Shown here: positions 29,709 through 39,574 of the stretch, one piece after another
How positions within the stretch are numbered: the first letter of the stretch is position 1
Layout of the letters: each line of letters begins with the position of its first letter
Assembly (NCBI GenBank): GCA_965659445.1
Contig: CBFHWX010000003.1
Span: forward strand, 1,272 to 65,271
Length of the DNA: 64,000 nucleotides
Direction: 5' to 3'
Origin: Limisphaerales bacterium
GTDB lineage: Bacteria; Verrucomicrobiota; Verrucomicrobiia; Limisphaerales; UBA1100
Notes under the pieces: model-generated
The model's database searches: none
The model's input: only the letters and a program-made list of their open reading frames with translations
What the model was told of the DNA's origin: nothing
Made by a program: the position numbers and the translations under genes

Positions 29709-30839
29709 TTGGACAAACTCACCGTACATTCCCTCCACGTGATCTACGATCCATCCATAGATGAGCTCATCCAGAAAACGTGGGGCGGCACGCGGATTTC
29801 GCCCAATGAGGCCTTGCGGCTTTATTCTCTCCCTCTGGAAACACTTGGTGGATTGGCACATCGACGTCGCGAGCTTGCCAAGGCTGACGCCTTTGAGGGG
29901 CGCGGCAATGAGATCATCACCTTCAGCATTGATCGCAATATCAACTATACGAATGTCTGCAATGTGTACTGCAAGTTCTGCGCGTTTTGGCGGAGTGAGA
30001 AGGCGGACGATGCCTACGTGATTTCGCACGAGGAGATTGATCAGAAAATTGAGGAGACCGTCGCACTGGGCGGCACGCAGATTCTCATGCAGGGCGGGCA
30101 CCATCCCAAACTCAACAAGCAATGGTATCTCGATCTGCTCACACACATTCGCGAAAAATTCCCCACCATCAATGTGCACGGTTTTTCGCCCAGCGAATTT
30201 GTGCATTTTCAGAAGGTGTTCGATGAGCCGATGGAGGATCTCATCCGCGACTTCCACAAGGCTGGCCTCGGATCCATTCCCGGCGGAGGCGGGGAGATTT
30301 TAGTGGATGGTGTTCGAAAGAAAATTTCGCCGCTCAAGGCGATGAGCGATGAATGGCTGGAGGTAATGGCCATCGCCCACCGGCTAGGCTTGGCGACCAC
30401 CGCCACGATGATGTTTGGTCATGTGGAAACGGTGGAGGAACGTATTGAGCACCTGGAGCGTGTGCGGGTGCAACAGGATGAAACGGGTGGATTCACCGCA
30501 TTCATAGCATGGACGTTTCAATCTGAGAACACGAAGCTCAAAGCGCCCACGGTGGGCTCGCACGAGTACCTGCGGATGCAGGCGCTCTCTCGGATTTATC
30601 TGGATAATATCAGGAACATCCAAAGCTCGTGGGTGACACAGGGACGTGAGATCGGTCAGGTCGCGCTGCGGCATGGAGCCAATGACCTCGGCAGCATCAT
30701 GATCGAGGAAAATGTCGTTTCAAAAGCAGGAACGGTGTTTTCCATGGGAGTTGAGGATATGCAGCTCTTGATTAGCGACCTTGGATACGAGCCGCGACAA
30801 CGCGACAATTGGTACAACTTGGTGGACGCAGCCGCCTAG
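29709..30839 (+). CDS. mqnC: Radical SAM cyclic dehypoxanthinyl futalosine synthase (MqnC-type)
   Basis: ITFSIDRNINYTNVCNVYCKFCAFWR cluster motif. TTG start at 29709. Confidence 0.75.
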   Translation: MDKLTVHSLHVIYDPSIDELIQKTWGGTRISPNEALRLYSLPLETLGGLAHRRRELAKADAFEGRGNEIITFSIDRNINYTNVCNVYCKFCAFWRSEKADDAYVISHEEIDQKIEETVALGGTQILMQGGHHPKLNKQWYLDLLTHIREKFPTINVHGFSPSEFVHFQKVFDEPMEDLIRDFHKAGLGSIPGGGGEILVDGVRKKISPLKAMSDEWLEVMAIAHRLGLATTATMMFGHVETVEERIEHLERVRVQQDETGGFTAFIAWTFQSENTKLKAPTVGSHEYLRMQALSRIYLDNIRNIQSSWVTQGREIGQVALRHGANDLGSIMIEENVVSKAGTVFSMGVEDMQLLISDLGYEPRQRDNWYNLVDAAA

Positions 30840-31678
30840 TTTAGTGAAGGGTCAAACGGCTTGGGCTTGGGTTCTTCCTCTGATGTCCCATCGTCCCCTG
30901 CTACTTCCTCCAGCTCAATCACAACCTCCTCGTCGTCTTCTTCCAGTGGCGGCTCAAGGCTAAACACACTGCTGAGTATGGCCTCTTTTGTTTTCCATAA
31001 CATAGTCATGGAAGTGGCCACGATGAGCGTGGCAATCCACAATGTGACGAGGTGCATAAAATTTTCCAGATCGCGATCACTGCCAATGCTCTGGGCCAGT
31101 TGCGGATGTTTTTTACCGAGCCAATTGTACAACGGCAGCGATAGGCTACTGAGGCACATGGAAAGCATAAGCGGAAGAAAGAGAACAAAATTCACGATGA
31201 CAAAAAATCGGATATCTGCCCGCAAAATAGGATCAGGCAACATTGCGACCAGCCGATTGAGCAGATGGTTGAGGTTCAGCAGGAACATCACGCTCGCGGC
31301 ACAGAAAATGATGAGGGAATAGATCACATGTTTCTGCTCGGGGGAAAAGGATGCGGCCGCCTGGTCCGGAATGGTTTGTTGCCAGTGCAAAAATGGAACG
31401 AGCCCGACCATGATAATGGTCAACACCTCGGTCATCTGTACCGCACCCTGCCACACACCTTCCTGCGGTTGAAATTTTTTCATGCGCGAGGTGCCATACC
31501 ACAGCAGGGCCATGGCAAGCAGCAACGGCAAGATTCCCCAGGATTCCCATTCGGATCCCATAATTTCCTGCATGCAAACCACCAGGGAAAACGGCAGTGC
31601 CCAGACAAGGATTTCCAGTCCACGCACCAATTGCCGCAGAGAGGGCATCAGATCTGGGTGCAGTGGGGGCGCGGCCAT
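30836..31678 (-). CDS. Hypothetical polytopic membrane protein with an acidic C-terminal tail
   Basis: About 6-7 TM segments and a tail EEDDEEVVIELEEVAGDDGTSEEE. It lies 6 nt downstream of speA. Confidence 0.5.
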   Translation of the reverse strand: MAAPPLHPDLMPSLRQLVRGLEILVWALPFSLVVCMQEIMGSEWESWGILPLLLAMALLWYGTSRMKKFQPQEGVWQGAVQMTEVLTIIMVGLVPFLHWQQTIPDQAAASFSPEQKHVIYSLIIFCAASVMFLLNLNHLLNRLVAMLPDPILRADIRFFVIVNFVLFLPLMLSMCLSSLSLPLYNWLGKKHPQLAQSIGSDRDLENFMHLVTLWIATLIVATSMTMLWKTKEAILSSVFSLEPPLEEDDEEVVIELEEVAGDDGTSEEEPKPKPFDPSLN

Positions 31679-31684
31679 GGGCCA

Positions 31685-33661
31685 TTAAAAGGACAGATAG
31701 GTGTAATCGTCCAGCCCGCGTTGGTATTCATTGAGTAATTCCATGGCCTCCGAAGGCTTGAGACGAGTGTCGCGAATAGCGGCATCAAACTGCTTTTTCA
31801 TCTGACGCTCCAGTTCCCGGCGGTCATATTGCACAGCGGACAGGCTCTCGCTGATAGAGTGGCCGTGGATAATTTCCTCAATGTAATAGCCGCTAGGCTC
31901 ATCCGGATCGAGAAACACATGCATCTCGTTCACACGTCCGAAAAGGTTGTGCAAGTCACCCATCACGTCCGAATACGCACCCATCAGGAAAAACCCAAGA
32001 TGGTACGGTTCCACGCCTTTGCCGTTTTTTCGCAGTGCATGCAGCGGTAATGTGTCACGCACATCTTCCAGATCAATAAACTTCCGCACCTCACCATCCG
32101 AATCACAGGTGATATCCACCAGAGTGGCCTCGCGGGTAGGCGGCTCGGTATGGCGGTTTAAGGGAACAATTGGGAACAACTGATCCACCGCCCAGTGATC
32201 GAGCAGACTCTGGAACACTGAAAAATTGCAGACGTACTGATCGCCCATTTGATCCTCCAGTTCCGAGATTTCCTCCGGCACATGCTCTTCCTGTCCTCGG
32301 AAATGCGCCATCACCTTCTGACAAATCTCCCAATATAATGTCTCCACCTTCGCCTTGTCTTCCAATTCCAGCACGCCAAGTGTGAACATATTATAGGCGT
32401 CCTCCTTGCAGTTGAGCGCGGCGTGGTAGGCCGCGAGCTTGCTGCCCCGCGCCAACCCACGGCGAATCTTTAGTAACTGCCGCACCAGAGCGTGTTCTTC
32501 TTTCCCATACTTAAGCCGCAGCTTTCCAGTCTTGGCGTTGGCCCCAAACACTTCCACTACCAATACACTGTGATGCGCAACCACGGCCCGGCCGCTTTCG
32601 CTGATGATATCCGGATGCGGCACCTCCTCGGCACGGCAAACCTCGCCGATCGTTTGCACCACATCGTTGGTGTATTCCTCCAAGGAATAATTTGCCGAGC
32701 TTTCAAAGGCCGCCCGACTGCCGTCGTAATCCACCGCCAAGCCCCCGCCCACATCAAGATATTCCAGCGGAAACCCAAGCTTGCGCACCTTGGAATAAAA
32801 CCGCGCGCCCTCCTTCACCGCCTTGCGCACGGTGAGGATATCTGGCACCTGTGAGCCAATATGGAAATGCAACAGGCGAAAACAATCCTCCCAACCTTCC
32901 GCACGCAATAAATCAATCGCCACCATCAGTTCCGCTGTATTCAGTCCGAACTTCGCGTCCTCCCCGCCGCTGTCAGCCCACTTGCCGTTGCTTCGACTCA
33001 ACAGACGCATGCGAATGCCAATTTCCGGTCGCGCGCCCAAGCGGCTGGCCACGCGGATAATCTGTCGCAACTCGTCGAGCTTCTCCACCACCAGAATCAC
33101 TTGCTTTCCAAGGCGCGTGCCCATCAACGCCACGCGAATGAAGTCGGCATCCTTGTAGCCATTGCACACCAGCAGACTGCCTCGCTGATCCAGCAAAGCC
33201 AGCGCAGCGAATAGCTCCGGCTTACTGCCCACCTCCAGGCCATAGTCATGTGCTTTGCCGGCATCAAGAATCTCCTCCACTACTTCACGCAGCTGATTCA
33301 CCTTCACCGGAAACACACCGCGATATTTGCCGTCGTATTGATTACGTTCGATGGATTTTCCAAACGCTTCGCAAATTGCCCGCACGCGATGGCGCAGAAT
33401 ATCTTGAAACCGAATAAGCAGTGGGAAATCCAGTTTACGCTTGCGAGCCGTCTTCACCACCTCGGTCAATTCCACCCTGCCCCCCACCTCCTGTAACGGC
33501 CGTGCTACCACGCGACCGGCAGAATTAATGTTGAAATACCCCGCACCCCACCGCTCAATGCCATATAAATCGCGTGCATGGTCTACCGACCAGTTGTTCT
33601 TATCGGGGTTCACGAGAGAGCCGCATGATAGAGTTGTGCCGATATTTTTCAAGACGGGCAT
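31685..33661 (-). CDS. speA: Biosynthetic arginine decarboxylase
   Basis: WSVDHARDLYGIERWGAGYF N-terminus and an Orn/DAP/Arg decarboxylase body. It is 658 aa from ATG 33661. Confidence 0.95.
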   Translation of the reverse strand: MPVLKNIGTTLSCGSLVNPDKNNWSVDHARDLYGIERWGAGYFNINSAGRVVARPLQEVGGRVELTEVVKTARKRKLDFPLLIRFQDILRHRVRAICEAFGKSIERNQYDGKYRGVFPVKVNQLREVVEEILDAGKAHDYGLEVGSKPELFAALALLDQRGSLLVCNGYKDADFIRVALMGTRLGKQVILVVEKLDELRQIIRVASRLGARPEIGIRMRLLSRSNGKWADSGGEDAKFGLNTAELMVAIDLLRAEGWEDCFRLLHFHIGSQVPDILTVRKAVKEGARFYSKVRKLGFPLEYLDVGGGLAVDYDGSRAAFESSANYSLEEYTNDVVQTIGEVCRAEEVPHPDIISESGRAVVAHHSVLVVEVFGANAKTGKLRLKYGKEEHALVRQLLKIRRGLARGSKLAAYHAALNCKEDAYNMFTLGVLELEDKAKVETLYWEICQKVMAHFRGQEEHVPEEISELEDQMGDQYVCNFSVFQSLLDHWAVDQLFPIVPLNRHTEPPTREATLVDITCDSDGEVRKFIDLEDVRDTLPLHALRKNGKGVEPYHLGFFLMGAYSDVMGDLHNLFGRVNEMHVFLDPDEPSGYYIEEIIHGHSISESLSAVQYDRRELERQMKKQFDAAIRDTRLKPSEAMELLNEYQRGLDDYTYLSF

Positions 33662-33695
33662 TGAAAAAAATAAGTTGCGCGGGTTTCCTTGCCGG

Positions 33696-34457
33696 ATGCC
33701 AAAGGTGCTACTGAAGGACATTGTCAAACATTGCGACCGCACTCTCCGGATCGATGACGTTACCGATTACGACGGTGCGTTGAACGGTTTACAAGTTGAG
33801 AACAACGGCAAAGTCAGCCGCATCGCCGCCACCGTGGATGCCAGTCTCGCCACTGTGGGGAAAGCCGCCGCGCAAAACGCGGATTTGCTGATCGTGCATC
33901 ATGGCCTCTTCTGGAACCCGCAGCAACCGTGGGTGGGCAAAAAACGCGATCTTATCGGCGCATTGGTGGAAAACAATATGGCCGTATACAGCGCGCATCT
34001 TCCGCTTGATTTACACCCGCACCTCGGCAACAACATCGGCCTGTGCCGGGCCTTAAAATTCACCAAGCCCAAGCCCTTCTTCAAGGAACACGATCAGCCC
34101 ATCGGCCTCAAGGTGACCACGCGACTGGGCCGCGACATCCTTGCCAAGCGATTGAAGAGAATACTTGGCGCGCCTCCGGTACTACTGCAAGGCGGCCCGA
34201 GTGTGTGCAAGAAAGTCGGCATCGTGACTGGTGGCGCAGGAAGTAGCATCACGAAAGCAGCAGATGAAGGAGTCGACACATTTATCACCGGCGAAGGCCC
34301 CCACTGGACCGGTGCGCTGGCAGAGGAACTAGGCATCAACGTCTTTTACGGCGGCCACTACGCGACCGAGACTTTTGGCGTGAAGAGCCTCGCCGCTCAT
34401 CTTTCGAAGAAGTATCGTCTGTCTTGGAATTTTGTGGACCATCCGACTGGTCTTTAG
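33696..34457 (+). CDS. Nif3-like dinuclear metal centre protein (YbgI family)
   Basis: NGLQVEN...ADLLIVHHGLFW...GHYATE...FVDHPTGL motifs. 253 aa from ATG 33696. Confidence 0.85.
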   Translation: MPKVLLKDIVKHCDRTLRIDDVTDYDGALNGLQVENNGKVSRIAATVDASLATVGKAAAQNADLLIVHHGLFWNPQQPWVGKKRDLIGALVENNMAVYSAHLPLDLHPHLGNNIGLCRALKFTKPKPFFKEHDQPIGLKVTTRLGRDILAKRLKRILGAPPVLLQGGPSVCKKVGIVTGGAGSSITKAADEGVDTFITGEGPHWTGALAEELGINVFYGGHYATETFGVKSLAAHLSKKYRLSWNFVDHPTGL

Positions 34458-37400
34458 CCCCTTCTTTCGATTCGACCGGCGGCACTTCGACCACTTCCTC
34501 TTCTTCATCTCCATCATCCGGTGGAGGCTTAGGCAACATCAATAACACCAATAATGACAGTGCCCCCAATCCAAAACCAGCCAGACTGATCTTGATGCTG
34601 CCTTGAGCCGGCTCGAATTGGAACTCCACCGTATGCTTACCCTTTGGCAGATGCACTCCACGCATTAAATAATTTGCCCGGAGCAACTTCGCTGGCGCAC
34701 CATCAATCGTCACCCTCCATTCCGGGTGATGCTTGTCGTTCAGCAAAAGCACCGTCGAGGTTTTTGCATCCGTCTCGATGACCACGTGCTTGGGATCATA
34801 GCTCAAGTACCTCGCTGGAGTCACCGTGGCGTTGGCATCAGGACTTTCAGGCGAGGGGATTTCTTCTGAGATCAATACCTCGCGATGCGGATCCCAATCA
34901 GACCGCGGCAAGGTCGCCAGTATCTCATTATCGGGCATTCCGCTGCGCCAGTAGGCATATACACCGGCTCGCGGCAAAGCTCCATCAAAGGACACCAATG
35001 CGAAGTGCCCATTCGTACTGATAGTCGCGGTGTAGGCATTGGTATGGCCGATCACTGGTTCGATCTCAAATCGCCTCAGTACGGTGAACTGATTAGTTGT
35101 ACCCGCCAACCGATCCAAATCTTTAGCAAATTGAAAACTATTACCCAACAAATACCGCGTAGAAGTGAGCTCCCACAAAAGATGTGGCTCCGCGCTCTGA
35201 TTGAGTGCACTGCGATAGGCACTATCTCGCGGGTCCGGCCGTGGATCCTGAATCACATCCAGAGCATGAATACCGTGGAAAGGGAACAACGCCTGTTTCC
35301 AATCCGAATGATAAATACGGTGAAACCCTTCCGTTTTGCCTTTCCAAATATTGTAATACTGATTCAAGCCGGCACGTTCATTTAGATTCGTGGTGGTGTG
35401 GTTCGTTTGTGCTTGTTGCTGCATCGCAGCGATTTGCTGAAGCTCGCGAACGACCAAACCTGTGGAATGGCACACACGCTGCTCAAAGGGGCGTTTCCTA
35501 AGAATCTCAATCACACCATTCGAAGCGTACTTCTGTTGCCAATCATAAAAAACCAAATGCGGCAGACTACCTACGACGAGGTCCACACATAGCAAGAGAC
35601 CCATGAGCCCCCACAATACGACCGATTGTTTCTTAGGTATAACGCCAGACATAAAAATCGCTAGCGTAATCAAGGTCGCAGCCAAAAATATCACTGACAA
35701 CCCGGCAGACATCAAACTGCCTGTAGCCAATGCGGAAGCTGTTTCGACAGTAAAGCCCGCTCCGGAAATCAATACCTTCCGCAGCTCCGATTGCAACGCA
35801 GCATAAAACAACCAGCCCAAAATGCCCACGACAGCCATGGCCAGCATGCCAAATGCCCATTTGCGGTCCCAGCCCTTCAACGTCCCCAACCACAGTTTGA
35901 ACTGTTCCAACACATCTTTTGCCCGTTTGCGCTCCACCAAGTATTCCCGGGCCATCCCTTGTAGCCCATAGGTAAACAGAATCACCATTGCCATGCTGCA
36001 AGGGTGCATAAACTTGATGGGGTTTCGGATGACATTGAAGAAGGGTAATTGATAAATGAATTTGTAAAACGGAGCATGTTGCCCCCATGCTAGAACCAGC
36101 GACATAAGCGCCAATAACGCCCAAAAGAAAATCCAGCGTCGCTCATACAAGCCAAACGCGCCAGCTTCGCCACGACACGCCTGAAGCAGACCCCACAGCG
36201 CCACAACCAATACCATCAACCCCATATAAATACCCGAACTGGCATGCCGCAACATTGGGCCTCCGCCATAGGTTTTCTGAAAATGAGCCATCGCTTCCGA
36301 AAATACCGGGTATTCATCCTGGATTCTCGTGAAGCCCGGTGTTTGCCCCACACGACCCCAGTACTGCTGCTCACCATCCACCGGATGCGGCATCCACCCG
36401 TGCGGACTTTCCCGGTAACCGTAAAGTCCGGGAATTACCATGCGTAAGGATTCTATTGGCGGCACGCTCCACTGCGTGGCCACATCAAATGGCTGGTTCC
36501 GGATCATTTCCACCAACCGATTCTTTTCATCCAGCATCCGACCGCTAATTTCCAGTTTCTGCGCTGGACTTAACTGCGGATGCGTCTGCACTTCCGCCAA
36601 CTGTTGTGCCACCGTTTGCTCTAGTTGGTTGACCTGTTCCTCTATGCCGACCTTGTTGCTGATCGCCGCACCACCTTCGGTACGCAGCAAATTGTGCAAC
36701 GTGTGCCAAGACATGAGTGTGGAGGCTAGCACCACCAAGACCAAAATGCCCGCGCCCTTGGCAAAGGCTGGCGGCCACTCCTTTTTGCCCACACCTTCGC
36801 GATTCAGTGCCGCCGCAATCACGAACACTGCTACATATAGGCTGAAGATACCGCCCACATCGAAGCTCTCCATCACCCCTTGGCCCAAACCGAGACCACC
36901 CAGCACCACCCATGCGACCATGCGCCAGCCGGTTTCACGTAGGCCATTAATTACCCCGGTCATTGCCAGCAATGCCCCCGCCGCACCTAGTGCAACACTA
37001 GCCAATCCCCACGAAGTGTAAGAAAACAAATCGCCGTTCAAGGCCAGCGCTAAAGCACCGAGTAAACAAACAGGTGCCGAAAATCGAAGTGATCGAAAGA
37101 AAAGCCAAGAGCAAAAGCCAAGGAGCACCAGTGAACCTGGTTGGTACCATTTTGCAAACAGCACCACGCCATCCTCCCCCCCCAACAGAAGGCTTAATTC
37201 AAAAAAGCCCTTCGTAAAATTCGGCATCGCCGATGGGAATTCGCCACCCACCCAGTTCAAGTCCTGCCAATAGCTCCAGCCACCTACTTTTTCGTCAAAC
37301 GCATGGGCCTGAATGGCCCCAAGCGGTGCATCATTGGCAAAGACGACTTTTTCTTTTTCAAAACTCTCCCGAAAAAGAAAGCCGAACACCAGTAGCAGAC

Positions 37401-37464
37401 AAGCCAACGTTAGCAGCGCGTCCTTACACCAAGGAAATTTGGAGTCGTTCGATGTATTCTGCAT
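34336..37464 (-). CDS. YfhO-like polytopic membrane protein (putative extracytoplasmic glycosyltransferase)
   Basis: More than 12 TM segments. The C-terminal beta-rich domain ends RANYLMRGVHLPKGKHTVEFQFEP followed by a TM, as in the YfhO family. It also has a long charged tail. TGATG overlap with the GT2 stop. Confidence 0.55.
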   Translation of the reverse strand: MQNTSNDSKFPWCKDALLTLACLLLVFGFLFRESFEKEKVVFANDAPLGAIQAHAFDEKVGGWSYWQDLNWVGGEFPSAMPNFTKGFFELSLLLGGEDGVVLFAKWYQPGSLVLLGFCSWLFFRSLRFSAPVCLLGALALALNGDLFSYTSWGLASVALGAAGALLAMTGVINGLRETGWRMVAWVVLGGLGLGQGVMESFDVGGIFSLYVAVFVIAAALNREGVGKKEWPPAFAKGAGILVLVVLASTLMSWHTLHNLLRTEGGAAISNKVGIEEQVNQLEQTVAQQLAEVQTHPQLSPAQKLEISGRMLDEKNRLVEMIRNQPFDVATQWSVPPIESLRMVIPGLYGYRESPHGWMPHPVDGEQQYWGRVGQTPGFTRIQDEYPVFSEAMAHFQKTYGGGPMLRHASSGIYMGLMVLVVALWGLLQACRGEAGAFGLYERRWIFFWALLALMSLVLAWGQHAPFYKFIYQLPFFNVIRNPIKFMHPCSMAMVILFTYGLQGMAREYLVERKRAKDVLEQFKLWLGTLKGWDRKWAFGMLAMAVVGILGWLFYAALQSELRKVLISGAGFTVETASALATGSLMSAGLSVIFLAATLITLAIFMSGVIPKKQSVVLWGLMGLLLCVDLVVGSLPHLVFYDWQQKYASNGVIEILRKRPFEQRVCHSTGLVVRELQQIAAMQQQAQTNHTTTNLNERAGLNQYYNIWKGKTEGFHRIYHSDWKQALFPFHGIHALDVIQDPRPDPRDSAYRSALNQSAEPHLLWELTSTRYLLGNSFQFAKDLDRLAGTTNQFTVLRRFEIEPVIGHTNAYTATISTNGHFALVSFDGALPRAGVYAYWRSGMPDNEILATLPRSDWDPHREVLISEEIPSPESPDANATVTPARYLSYDPKHVVIETDAKTSTVLLLNDKHHPEWRVTIDGAPAKLLRANYLMRGVHLPKGKHTVEFQFEPAQGSIKISLAGFGLGALSLLVLLMLPKPPPDDGDEEEEVVEVPPVESKEGAKDQSDGPQNSKTDDTSSKDERRGSSRQKSRSRSGRRKRR

Positions 37465-38432
37465 CACCCACCTCGGTGGCGACCCTGCCCGAGAAAATCG
37501 CGCAGGACAACGGCTAAGTTTCCCAAACACCATGCGAAACCGCCGGTGATCTCTCGCGTGGCGCGCACCACTTCCTCACGATATTGCGGGGTGACCTCTC
37601 CCATACCTTGCAGCAACACTCGACTCGTACCGGCCAGCAGGCAGCGTTGACGAAAATTCCAAAGCCACGCATAAATGCCTCTTTTCCCAATCAATTTCGA
37701 GATAGCCACCATCGCTCGCCATTCATCGGAGATCAGTGCGCCCGGCTCGTTTAAGTTTCGTGAAGTGGTAGAGTTAGCGTGCCGGCGGTATTGGCACAAG
37801 GCGGAGGGCACCTCGATGATGCACTCACAATGTTTCGCTAGTTCTGCATAAAACACTACGTCTGAGCATAGGAAATAATCAGTACGCATTTTCACAGGCA
37901 GACGCTCGCGATTGGTTTTCATCAAGACCGCCGGCAAACAAATCGTGCGCAGGTCGGCCTGTGATGCGATGAATTGTTTGTACGGAATAGCCTTTGGTTT
38001 TCCCTCAGGCAAAACAGGAAATGGACTCACCAAATCACCGCCTTCCACCAGCGCTCCGTCTTCACCGATCACGTCATACGAGCTATAAATCAGCGCACGA
38101 CCCTCGACCTTTTCCAAGGGCTCCAGCAGCCGCGCGTAAAAATCAGGCTGAATGAGGTCATCCGCTGTAAGCAGATGTAATACATCCGTCTCCTCCGCAA
38201 AACACATCGCAGCATTGAAATTATCCAAGGATGGTAAATGCTCATCATTCAGTCGCCACTCAAAACCTTTTTTTTCAAACGCAAGCGCAATGCGACGGGT
38301 GCCATCGGTGGAACAGTTGTCTTGAATAATAACACGATCCGGTCGACGCGTCTGGCTAGCCACGGACTCGAGCGTGGCCTCAAGGAACCGTTCACCGTTG
38401 AAAACGGGAATGACTGTGATGAGTCGACTCAT
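37464..38432 (-). CDS. Glycosyltransferase family 2
   Basis: ITVIPVFNGERFLEATLESVASQT...IQDNCSTDGT...TADD motifs. Confidence 0.9.
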   Translation of the reverse strand: MSRLITVIPVFNGERFLEATLESVASQTRRPDRVIIQDNCSTDGTRRIALAFEKKGFEWRLNDEHLPSLDNFNAAMCFAEETDVLHLLTADDLIQPDFYARLLEPLEKVEGRALIYSSYDVIGEDGALVEGGDLVSPFPVLPEGKPKAIPYKQFIASQADLRTICLPAVLMKTNRERLPVKMRTDYFLCSDVVFYAELAKHCECIIEVPSALCQYRRHANSTTSRNLNEPGALISDEWRAMVAISKLIGKRGIYAWLWNFRQRCLLAGTSRVLLQGMGEVTPQYREEVVRATREITGGFAWCLGNLAVVLRDFLGQGRHRGG

Positions 38433-39574
38433 TTGACTCTGAGTATTCGGCGAAGAGTATCCGCCACATTTCGCACCTGCTCTCGCTTAAGACATAGCGC
38501 GGACGGAAAATTGATACCCCATGGGCTGAGTCGACAACTCACCTCATTTCGCTTCCGTGCCATCAACGCTTCCGCCTGCCCGTCGTACGCTGGCAGGCTG
38601 CTGAGCGGATGAAAGAACGGTCTAGTGTCGATACCCTCCGCGTTAAACGCATCCATCAGTTTTTCCTTCGGCCAATCAAGTGCTGGATCAAACATCGCCG
38701 TAACCATCCAGTAGGTGTTTTTTGTGTTGGCCGGCTCGTGATTGAGTGTGACGCCTGACATGTTCGCCAACTCCTCGCGGTACCAGTCAAAAATCTCCCG
38801 CTTGCGTTCCACCAGTTCCTCCGCACGTTCCACCTGCGCCAAACCGATAGCGGCGACCACCGGCGGCATCTTGTATTTGAAGGCAACCTCGGTGTTACGA
38901 AACTGCACATCTCCCGGCTTGCGACCGTGATCACGAAGCTGCGTCACACGTGCATGTACAGCGTCATCATCCGTCACCAGCATGCCGCCTTCACCAGTGG
39001 TAAAAGTTTTCGAGCCATGAAAGCTAAACGCTGCCACATCACCCAGAGAACCCGCTTTTCGACTGTGAAACTCACTGCCAATTGCCTCGGCCGCGTCCTC
39101 AATAATCTTCAGTCCATGTTCATCTGCAATGGCACGCAAATTATCATAATCGGGTACGCCACCATAAAGATCCACCGGCAAAATCGCCCTAGTTCGTTCC
39201 GTGAGGCATGCCTTCACGCTGTCGGCGCAAAGGCACCATGTGTGTTCGTCTACATCGGCAAACACCGGCGTGGCGCCGACGTACGTGATTGGCGCGGAGC
39301 TGGCAATCCACGTGAGATCCGGCACTATCACTTCATCCCCAGGCCCAATGTCCAGCGCTGCCAAGGCAAGGTGCAGGCCAGAGGTGCAAGAAGGTAAACT
39401 CACGGCGTGTTTCACACCAATGTATTTCGCAAAGGCCTCCTCGAAGCGTTGTGGGAATTCACCAGCACGATCATACCATCCATGCGTAGCAGCCTCAGTC
39501 GCGTAATCAATTTCACGCTGCGTAATACTGGGGCCGGCGATGGGAATGCGTTCCACGATTAGTCCATCACACAT
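38429..39574 (-). CDS. DegT/DnrJ/EryC1-family PLP-dependent sugar aminotransferase
   Basis: GDEVIVPDLTWIASSAPI and SFHGSKTFTTGEGGML (PLP lysine). A GTG at 39556 is an alternative start. Confidence 0.9.
   Translation of the reverse strand: MCDGLIVERIPIAGPSITQREIDYATEAATHGWYDRAGEFPQRFEEAFAKYIGVKHAVSLPSCTSGLHLALAALDIGPGDEVIVPDLTWIASSAPITYVGATPVFADVDEHTWCLCADSVKACLTERTRAILPVDLYGGVPDYDNLRAIADEHGLKIIEDAAEAIGSEFHSRKAGSLGDVAAFSFHGSKTFTTGEGGMLVTDDDAVHARVTQLRDHGRKPGDVQFRNTEVAFKYKMPPVVAAIGLAQVERAEELVERKREIFDWYREELANMSGVTLNHEPANTKNTYWMVTAMFDPALDWPKEKLMDAFNAEGIDTRPFFHPLSSLPAYDGQAEALMARKRNEVSCRLSPWGINFPSALCLKREQVRNVADTLRRILRVK

Noticed and set aside
26075-30257. Minus-strand ORFs 26075-26659, 27580-28125 and 29649-30257
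   Set aside because: They are antisense to the ubiX, mqnE and mqnC coding frames, with no motifs and a biased composition.
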